Positions 11,778-19,950 of a stretch of DNA of 19,950 bases are shown here, in pieces. Each line of letters begins with the position of its first letter. The first letter of the stretch is position 1. The notes under the pieces were generated by a model. It ran no database searches. It was given only the letters and a program-made list of their open reading frames with translations, and had not been told where the DNA came from. The DNA comes from Ginkgo biloba (lineage: Eukaryota; Plantae; Ginkgophyta). Made by a program: the position numbers and the translations under genes. Where the stretch lies: assembly GCA_024626585.2 (NCBI GenBank), contig JANKJI020000004.1, forward strand, positions 2,814,046 through 2,833,995, given 5' to 3'.

Positions 11778-12084
11778 TGGGGCCAAATGTGAGATGGAAA
11801 TGAAAAAATAAAAATAAAAATAAAGTATGTATAGGGGATTCTAAGTCCCTAAAAAAGATTTCAAAATTTTTGAATTCTAAAAAGGGAGTGTCAAGACCCC
11901 TAAAAGAGGGATTTTAAGACCTTGGGTTAAGAAGGGATTTTAAGACCCTTTAGCTNNNNNNNNNNNNNNNNNNNNNNNNNNNNNNNNNNNNNNNNNNNNN
12001 NNNNNNNNNNNNNNNNNNNNNNNNNNNNNNNNNNNNNNNNNNNNNNNNNNNNNNNTGGGGCCAAATGTGAGATGGAAATGAAAA
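11778..12084. repeat. Perfect 29-bp direct repeat (11778-11806, 12056-12084) enclosing a repetitive insert and a 100-N gap
   Basis: tggggccaaatgtgagatggaaatgaaaa occurs twice. The insert has about 4 copies of a gggattttaagacc-like motif. Confidence 0.85.
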
Positions 12085-13023
12085 CTTGGAGACGTGATGC
12101 AGGGAGGCAGGACACAAGGCAGAGAGAGACAGAAAGAGAGGAATTTCAATGGCATCCTAAAGAGTGGTATCCTATGGGACTGACCAAACTAAGCAGCTGA
12201 TACATTTCCAAAGTTGAGGTAAATACAATATTCAGAAATGGCAGTACTAAAAAATGCTAGTAAACAAACCATATATCTAAGCCCCTACTCTAACAGCGTG
12301 TCATTAGTAACAACCTATCTACAATAAAGAATTGCATAGAGTTATTGCTATCTTAGTTTTCTGTAAAAGTGGAAGGTTGTGTGTTGGAAAAGAGTTGGAA
12401 TAAGGCATCAATGAGAAAACAATCTCTGTGCGACTGAGAAAGTAAACATAATGATGGGACTGCAATGCCCAAAAGAGTTTATATAATGAGAGGATAAAAT
12501 ACGAACTTCACATCTTCAGCATAAGCATACAACTGCTAAAATTGTTGCTTTTAACACAAAACCCAAAAGTCCCAAGTATGTGTACGTGCAACTTCCATAT
12601 ATACAAAGAATCACCGTAGGGCATCTTGTACAACTAGGGTTTTAATTTTCAGCCTTCTAAAAACTTAAAAAAATAGTTTCTACTCTCAGCTTGATGTTCA
12701 AGTTGTCTGATATCGTTACCATTTTGTTTCTGGAAATGCACACGGTCTCTTAGGTAATTCGAGTCCTTGTGCACATAAAATATATTCAATTTGACAGATT
12801 ACGCAATTCATTCTTCATTATAAGGAGAAAGTATATTAGACATACTCACACTTATAAGTGGAAGGATCATCAATTTTGAAGCACCCGTGACACATTTTCC
12901 ATAAATACAATAATCTTAATGGTTTATTTTTCTTAGGTGTGAGAAGAAACAGAGTAAGCTGCATTTATGCCTGCTGATGTAAATGTCAATCAAGGTAAAC
13001 ATTTCTTGTTGTTTTGGAAACAG

Positions 13024-13091
13024 GATAGCTGGTCCGATGAGGTACCTACATGGGAGACATGCAGCAGGAATAAACTTGCTTGCCCCAATGT
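13024..13091 (+). CDS. Plant S1/P1 nuclease, internal coding exon: DSWSDEVPTWETCSRNKLACPN(V)
   Basis: Acceptor tttcttgttgttttggaaacag| and donor |gtaagt, phase 0/2. Matches the ENDO motif WSDxVxxWExC...ACP. Confidence 0.95.
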
Positions 13092-14091
13092 GTAAGTGTT
13101 ACAATTCCTAAATCTTCAAGCACATTTGCATTGCATTTAGTTAAATGGAGAAACCATCCTGTATCTATGGTATTTGTTGACTAAGGGCGGCTTCTGACTG
13201 TTTCATAAATTACAATAAATTGAAATAACATTTTAAAGACACTTGCACAGCATTTTGTTAAAAAATTCTGTTAAAATTAAATCTGAACCACAAGACAAGT
13301 TCAATTCAATTGTATATTGTGGTCGCTTAAAAGCACCTATCGACCTACTTTAAAAAGATTTTAAAAGNNNNNNNNNNNNNNNNNNNNNNNNNNNNNNNNN
13401 NNNNNNNNNNNNNNNNNNNNNNNNNNNNNNNNNNNNNNNNNNNNNNNNNNNNNNNNNNNNNNNNNNNGATTTTAAAAGTTTTGTTTTAGTTTACTTCGCA
13501 AAACTTATTTTAATCCTGTTTATCAACGAGTGCTAAATGGCCCCAAGTCTGCAGAAGGTACTCCAATGTGCGTGGTGAAACAATCTTAGTAATAAGTGCC
13601 TACTGTATCTAAATATGTGTCAAAAAGATACAAGGGTGATAAGGCTGTGTCACATATATTTTGTAATACCTTATAAGCACAGGTGTTTTNNNNNNNNNNN
13701 NNNNNNNNNNNNNNNNNNNNNNNNNNNNNNNNNNNNGTCGAAGCAGCTAGAAGAACCCATTCATCTATTAATTGGGTGAGACTTGTATTGTAAGCATCTT
13801 TTGAAATACATTAACTCCTTTGAAGATTTCGCTAGCATATGCCGGATTGGCTCTCTTTCAGAAAATATTTGTCTCCTTGTGAGATGCAGCTGCCTTATAC
13901 CACTAACCTTTTACGGAGAAAGGATTGATCTACAAACCACACCCACGCACGTGGGCGTGCACACACAAACATACTATAGTGTGGTACCATAATATATTGC
14001 TTCAATATCACTTTGTTAATATTTTGGTAGTATCTTATCGATGCTTCTTAATATCTTTTTATTATTAATATTATTCAAAACATGTAAATAA

Positions 14092-14284
14092 TATTTTGAT
14101 CTAACTATAGTTAGTATTGGGCCAAACGTTGGTTAAATACCATAGATAAATATGGAGTCAACCACAGTCAAGTAATGAGCTAACCATAGTCAAGTACTGA
14201 ACTAACTGCAATTAAGTATAGTTTAGACGGTCAAACACTTAACCGTGACAGTATTGAGTCAACTATGGTTAAGTATTGAGTCAA
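14092..14284. repeat. Degenerate ~22-bp minisatellite in the intron (about 8-9 units)
   Basis: Units include tatggagtcaaccacagtcaag, taatgagctaaccatagtcaag, tactgaactaactgcaattaag and tattgagtcaactatggttaag. Confidence 0.8.
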
Positions 14285-16112
14285 GCATACTGGGCTCTTA
14301 AAATAAGGTATTCATAGCAAAACCTGAAAATAACTGAAAAACAAAAATTAGCACAAAGCCAGTAGAGCATATAAACCACTGGACTCTGAAGTGTAGTCAA
14401 TTATCAACACAAACAAGTGTATTTGCACCAAATTTGTTAAATTGGGCCTAGTAAGGGCAGCTTTGGACAATATTTACAAAAATGGCAGAACATAGTAGTT
14501 GTAGTTAAAGCATCCTAATCTGCGTAATGTAAATTCATGTGAGAACATGTTGCAGTGTTTGATTTGACACCACTAATTCAATAATTGCCAGTTCCTTTCC
14601 CATTGTCAAAATTATCTTTTATCGTTTAGGTGACCACTGAGAATTAGCAATAGAGTTTGATATTTTAAGACAGCAAGATCATTTCAAAAGCAATATAATG
14701 ACAAGCATTGAAAATGGGCTTTGTCATCTCATTTCCCATCTAGTGCCAGAAGTCGATCACGAGATATTCTGGACCCCAATGATAAATGTTTCCAGATCCT
14801 TCCCAAATGTGCTCACAAAGCTTTGACTTCAGAAGGTAGTTGGCTCAGAAGTACCATTGTTCTAGGGAACCTACTTTATTTTGGCCAGTAGTTTTTATTC
14901 ATTTTTTCATTGAAAATTTGCTGCAAATAATGTTACTGCAAGGGGAGCAGGCAGGAATTTTCACATCTATTGCTTTTGGAGGCTTTCTTCTATGTCAACT
15001 AGTAGTGTCTGTTATTTAGTTTTTTTACTGGAAATTTGCTTCAACAAAGGGCAATACAAGGGGAGATGAGATAAACTAGGACGATGGGTCTACCTTGCAT
15101 AAATCAATTTAGAAGGAACCCAAAAGATTGCAACTTTTGGCTTATTATTCCCTTTCTGATATTGATTTCATGGATGCATCTGTTTGTGGCCGTTATTTTT
15201 TAGCTTCCATTGGAGGTATGCTAGTGAAGTTATTTCCATGCCACGAAGAGCTTTGAACCAAAAAAACCTGACGAGGTGCCATCCTTAGGAGATTAATTAA
15301 ATTTGCCTTGGAGAGCACACATGTACTTTGATATAATTGGACTGATAGGAAAACCTGAAAATAATAATCCTAAAATCAATAGAGTATACTTTATCACATG
15401 CTCTGAATTTTAACAATAGTCTGAAAGTATGCTTCCAGTCCTGTAATTTGTTTTTCTTTGTACTTGTATAAGGTTCTTTGCTGCAGCTATTATCTTTATC
15501 ACATTTAAAATCTGACCTTGGTTCATAAATACCATGCCTCCCCTGGAGAGTGATTGCTATGTTTTGACTTTATCGGATATGTCCTTTGAACACAACTGAT
15601 GTGCTGGATCTGGATTTCTGGCATCANNNNNNNNNNNNNNNNNNNNNNNNNNNNNNNNNNNNNNNNNNNNNNNNNNNNNNNNNNNNNNNNNNNNNNNNNN
15701 NNNNNNNNNNNNNNNNNNNNNNNNNNNNNNNNNNNNNNNNNNNNNNNNNNNNNNNNNNNNNNNNNNNNNNNNNNNNNNNNNNNNNNNNNNNNNNNNNNNN
15801 NNNNNNNNNNNNNNNNNNNNNNNNNNNNNNNNNNNNNNNNNNNNNNNNNNNNNNNNNNNNNNNNNNNNNNNNNNNNNNNNNNNNNNNNNNNNNNNNNNNN
15901 NNNNNNNNNNNNNNNNNNNNNNNNNNNNNNNNNNNNNNNNNNNNNNNNNNNNNNNNNNNNNNNNNNNNNNNNNNNNNNNNNNNNNNNNNNNNNNNNNNCT
16001 CTCAATCACATTCTCATTTATGTTCTTGGAATCTCTTGCCACCATTTTGAATTAAGTTCTCAGAATCTCTCAAGCAGTGACATATGTGCTGGATTTGTCT
16101 TCCTGGAATCAG

Positions 16113-16186
16113 GTATGCACACGAGACTATCAATCTAGCTTGCAAATGGGCTTACAAAGATGCTGCTGAAGACACTGTTTTAGATG
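16113..16186 (+). CDS. Plant S1/P1 nuclease, penultimate coding exon: (V)YAHETINLACKWAYKDAAEDTVLD
   Basis: Acceptor ttgtcttcctggaatcag| and donor |gtaatt, phase 2/1, in frame with both neighbours. Matches the ENDO motif YAxESIxLACKWAYK. Confidence 0.95.
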
Positions 16187-16274
16187 GTAATTTCACCCAC
16201 TTCAAATTTTAGCACTTATTTGAATGTTATGGCATTCTTTCGCTGCATGAATGCTGAAATATCTTCATTTGCAG

Positions 16275-16410
16275 ATNNNNNNNNNNCTACTTCCTCTCTC
16301 GTCTGCCAATTGTTGAGAAGCAACTTGCAAAAGGAGGTGTAAGGCTGGCTGCAACGTTAAACCGCATTTTCGATTCAAAAGAAGATCAGAACCTGGAGTC
16401 AGAATTATAA
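16275..16410 (+). CDS. Plant S1/P1 nuclease, terminal coding exon: D-(gap)-YFLSRLPIVEKQLAKGGVRLAATLNRIFDSKEDQNLESEL*
   Basis: Acceptor cttcatttgcag| after an 88-nt intron. Carries the diagnostic C-terminal helix YFxSRLPIVxxxLAxGGVRLAATLNRIF, with TAA at 16408-16410. A 10-N gap sits at 16277-16286. Confidence 0.96.
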
Positions 16411-16761
16411 AAACAATTATCCTCTGGATTTATGCATCTACTATGTAATTAACTATAGTTGTAATAGTAATATCAGCATTTGTCTCATCTTGAAAACCAT
16501 CCTACAGATCATTTCGGNNNNNNNNNNNNNNNNNNNNNACCAATTTAATGCAGTATGTACCCTATATATCAGTTGGACCTTATTTGCATTCTCAAACAAT
16601 TATTGTATTTAATTCACTATGGATTTTGTGTTCTCACGTCCATGTTTACCATTTCTAGTTCGTCTTTGCATGGCCTTTAGCTGCAACATCCTTTTGTTTT
16701 GCCAAGAACTGTTTTGCAAAATGTTTGGACTGCTCCAAGTGTCTATAATTCTTAACTAATT

Positions 16762-16767
16762 AATAAA
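16762..16767 (+). promoter_or_regulatory. Candidate polyadenylation near-upstream element (AATAAA) for the nuclease gene
   Basis: AATAAA lies ~350 nt after the stop, following a U-rich stretch. The motif is common in AT-rich DNA. Confidence 0.3.
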
Positions 16768-17139
16768 GGGCACATTATTCTACTGGATTCTGTTTTAATT
16801 ACATGTTAATGGTTCTCAAGGTTCCAACAAACCAAGCAAGCATATTGTCTTAGCATTAAGGTATGGTAATAGCGTGTCTCTGATGTGTGTGTACAAGTTC
16901 ATGTCATCCCAATGGAGTGGTCAAGCTGGCAGATCAATTCAGAGGCTGTCATTAAGCAGCATGGCAAAGACCAATAAAAACTTCGAATCAAGCACAGAAA
17001 TTTTTAGAGCAATCTATAGCAATTCAATGCAACCTCAACCCTGCAGCAGCATTGCAATCAGCGTAAAATGACTTAGAAGGTATGTGTAGAATGAGTGAGT
17101 TACTTCTTTTCTTTTAAACATATGAACGAAAATAAAAGA

Positions 17140-17365
17140 TGCCAAAAAGGGATAGAGCCCACCTACTGCATAGATAATAAAAAAAGACGAATAAGGTANN
17201 NNNNNNNNNNNNNNNNNNNNNNNNNNNNNNNNNNNNNNNNNNNNNNNNNNNNNNNNNNNNNNNNNNNNNATCCAACTAGGGTCAGAGGGGAGTTGCACCC
17301 CACAGGCCTCTTCTTGATAGAAACTTGGCACAATGAGCTTCGAAGGCTTCAAGAAACCTCATAAA
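17140..17365 (+). mobile_element. Possible short decayed gypsy gag C-terminal fragment
   Basis: KGIEPT...KK and ETWHNELRRL weakly resemble the gag motifs VxAFxPxTLxEAIKKA and ExRNELRRKKLCF. A gap interrupts the segment. Confidence 0.35.
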
Positions 17366-17999
17366 GAATTCATACCTAATTTATGAGTTAAATCATATCT
17401 AAATCCTAATAATGAGAAGGGAATATCATTCCTCAAACAATAAAAACCACTAAGAAAATATGATTCAAATAATAGTTTAACCAAAAAACTAATGAAGTAT
17501 AAAGAAAACCTAAATCATTCCTTTGTTTCTCTTTTTGTTTTCTAATTTAAAGAAATAAGATGATAATTTCCTTTATGTTTCTATTTAGTTTTAAAAAAAT
17601 TAGAGAGTAAAGATTGAAAGAGTGATGTTTCAACCTGTAAAATAAGAAATGTGGCAAAAGTGAGGCCACCCAATCCTTGTTGCACTGTCCTCAACACTCT
17701 GATCGCTTCTGAAGAACCTCCAAGCTTGAATCCTAGCTATAATTATGTGAAAAGAACAAGTAGATGAGGCAGAAAAGGAACTAACAAAGGAGTGGCAGGT
17801 GAAAATAAGTTTTAAGCTTATAAGAAAGTAGCAATCTATGCATTAGGGCTCCTAAATACTTAGAAAGGGATAAACACCAATGAAAGGGCTTGTTGGAAGC
17901 GTAAAGGGACTAGAAGGATGAAATAATGCTAGAACATGGAAGCAAATTCAAGGTAGAAATGGGAAACTTGATTGTACTAGCTTTCATCTCCCATTTGAA

Positions 18000-18240
18000 C
18001 CCAATTTGATCTCTATTTGTAATAGGCAGGCTTGATTTCAAAGGCAGAACCGATCCTANNNNNNNNNNNNNNNNNNNNNNNNNNNNNNNNNNNNNNNNNN
18101 NNNNNNNNNNNNNNNNNNNNNNNNNNNNNNNNNNNNNNNNNNNNNNNNNNNNNNNNNNTGGTCATAGCCCCCAATAGACTTGACTCCATAGAACCAAACA
18201 TTAGCCCCTTCCATGGTTAGGATGGCACATCACTTTGATT
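18000..18240 (-). mobile_element. Decayed gypsy gag fragment, possibly continuing at ~19030-19100 beyond an insertion
   Basis: Minus-strand AILTMEGANVWFYG resembles AxLHLEGxAxxWWxxG. The ~19030-19090 region weakly resembles the preceding AxxWVxKLDxYFxLxP motif. Confidence 0.45.
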
Positions 18241-18264
18241 GTAATAAATAGGTTAGGTGAATTG

Positions 18265-18697
18265 CACTGTAGAGTCATTTCTCTGGCATATATCTCGAAC
18301 ACAGCTTCCTCACTTAATCATCATGACCCAATTTCTACCTCTTGTCGGTGTTTGTCTCTTATTGAGCACTTAATGCTGGACAACAATGTTAGACATCTTT
18401 TGTCAGTGTCGATCCATGCTTATCCAACGATGTCAATCTTATCTTATTTTCCCTCTCCGATGATATCAGTTACACAATCTCATGTCGGTGTCAATTTTTT
18501 TACGATGTCAGTCTCCTTTCGATACTATGCATTACCATTCATTAGTCATTGCTGGGTATTCTCTCCCGACAAAGACAATACCAAAAGCTTGTCAGTTTGC
18601 CAAAATGTTGTTGATGTGTCGACGCCACTTACATCTGCAAAATGGTGCACTTTGTCGGAGTGCTATCGAGATGCTCCTGCACCACGTTTTACTAGTG
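18265..18697 (-). mobile_element. Non-autonomous CACTA-like DNA transposon end or remnant
   Basis: The reverse complement from 18697 reads CACTAGTAAAACG. About 9 TGTCRR/CCGACA subterminal-type motifs lie in 18340-18660, including gcactttgtcggagtgc. The left end (CACTGTAGAG at 18265) is uncertain. Confidence 0.6.
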
Positions 18698-19519
18698 GTT
18701 AATGGATATGAGATTAGGCAAAGACAAAGGATATTATTAAGAGTACATATAAGGAATAGGAATAAAAGGTTGTGATAATGGAATAGAAGAGGTCAACAAA
18801 GTCTTGATTGAAATAAGGAGGAGGTATAAGGCAAAAGGCGTGAATTAAAAGTTTGTTTGTTTGTTTCTGTTGTTGAAATGAGTCATAATTGCTCACAATA
18901 CATCATATTCACCACATGGAACTCATATTGTACCGCCAAGACTTGAGCCTTGGTTATAAGGGTGAGAGCATTAACTCTTTACCATTTTGACTACTCTTGG
19001 GTATTCTAAAAGTTAGTGTATAAAGGTCAAAGAGCCAAAAGTACAATTAAGCCCCTTTAACAAAATCCCACGCATTCTCATGAGCTCCCATAAGACCCTA
19101 CCATTTGTTCCATTATAAGCATATTTTAAATATCAACTTTGAATATTAAAAAATTACAGAAAAATATAATGGAGTTGAGTGGCAGCATGCACAATGTGAG
19201 AATGCATTGGGATCTTCATGATGGATATCGAATCGAGCTCCAAAGGTCCATTCCATAATGTGGAGGCACCCAACATCCGAGGCAAAGAAGGAGAAATCTA
19301 TTAATTACAATTCTCGAGTTACAAACCTAGACTAATTATAATAGTCCCACCTCTTAAACCTATATGCTAAAAGATCATAAAAGTATATAATCATCTAAGT
19401 ATAGGCATAAAGAAATATTCATTTATGTAAACATAAAATAAAACATATAAAAGATTAAAATACTAGACTATTGGGGACAAGGGTTGGCCTAATGACATGA
19501 ACTAACGACTATTGTTGGT

Positions 19520-19950
19520 TTGTGGAGACCACCTTAATTGGCTTATTTGGTTACCAACCAAACCTCTAACGCATAAATGATAACCGTCAAAACCAAATGA
19601 CCTTCCCATTTGATTCCACCCTCTGTAACTATTAAGAGTGTTAGGTGTAGATATGTTTCACCCTCTCTTTCACACAAGGATTATCTCCCAATAGGATATC
19701 CATGCAACTAACAATACATGCATACGAGCATACTTGATTGCATAATGTGAGCAAACAAAAACACATGTATTATACATAAATCAATACAAGTTAACCAATT
19801 GAGAAGTATGGCCCACTATGGTTGCTAGCACACCCTATAGCACCATAACGACTCCTGAGGGTTATCAGGGTGTTAGTCCTACCCTCAGTGTTAGTAATCC
19901 TATGACATATAGTCATGCAATGCTCACAAATGGGTTATTCTACTAGCATT
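19520..19950. mobile_element. LTR-like sequence related to 7500-7645
   Basis: Shared blocks in the same order: tggaga(c/t)..acct, accaaacctcta(g/a)cgcataa (7540-7559 vs 19557-19576) and taggtgtag (7635 vs 19642). Confidence 0.55.

Noticed and set aside
13357-13478. 11-bp direct repeat gattttaaaag on both sides of a 100-N gap
   Set aside because: This is typical of a contig end overlap joined by a fixed-size spacer, so it is probably not biological.
14092-14284. CRISPR-like periodicity
   Set aside because: The units are contiguous with no unique spacers, there are no cas genes, and the context is a eukaryotic intron.
16107-16118. AG|GTATGC at the exon start, resembling a recursive splice site
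   Set aside because: It is explained by the conserved Tyr-Ala codons after a phase-2 intron.
16874-17085. 65-aa ORF followed by a donor-like aag|gtatgt
   Set aside because: It has no recognisable motif, is short, and the other frames are closed.
18235-18702. 155-aa plus-strand ORF
   Set aside because: It coincides with the repeat-rich CACTA-like element and shows no protein motif.

Overview
AT-rich eukaryotic DNA from a gappy draft assembly, most likely a large-genome land plant such as a gymnosperm (inferred from intron size and retroelement content). Most ORFs in the supplied track are artefacts of N runs or antisense readings of decayed transposons. The one host gene I can support is on the + strand: the last four coding exons of a plant S1/P1-type (ENDO/BFN1-family) Zn-dependent nuclease at 10487-10584, 13024-13091, 16113-16186 and 16275-16410. 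They splice in frame at GT-AG junctions and end in ...NLESEL*. The 5' exons are not visible, so bases 1-10486 are probably part of a >10 kb intron. That stretch holds decayed minus-strand retroelements: a Ty3/gypsy gag, an L1-like LINE ORF2 interrupted by a gypsy protease fragment, an LTR-like region and an internally deleted gypsy integrase. Downstream of the gene are more gag fragments, a CACTA-like non-autonomous element and a related LTR-like segment. I found no evidence of a new multi-gene system. The best leads are a possible duplicated exon acceptor next to a gap, an ER-retention-like C-terminus, a candidate poison exon and unusual nested insertions.
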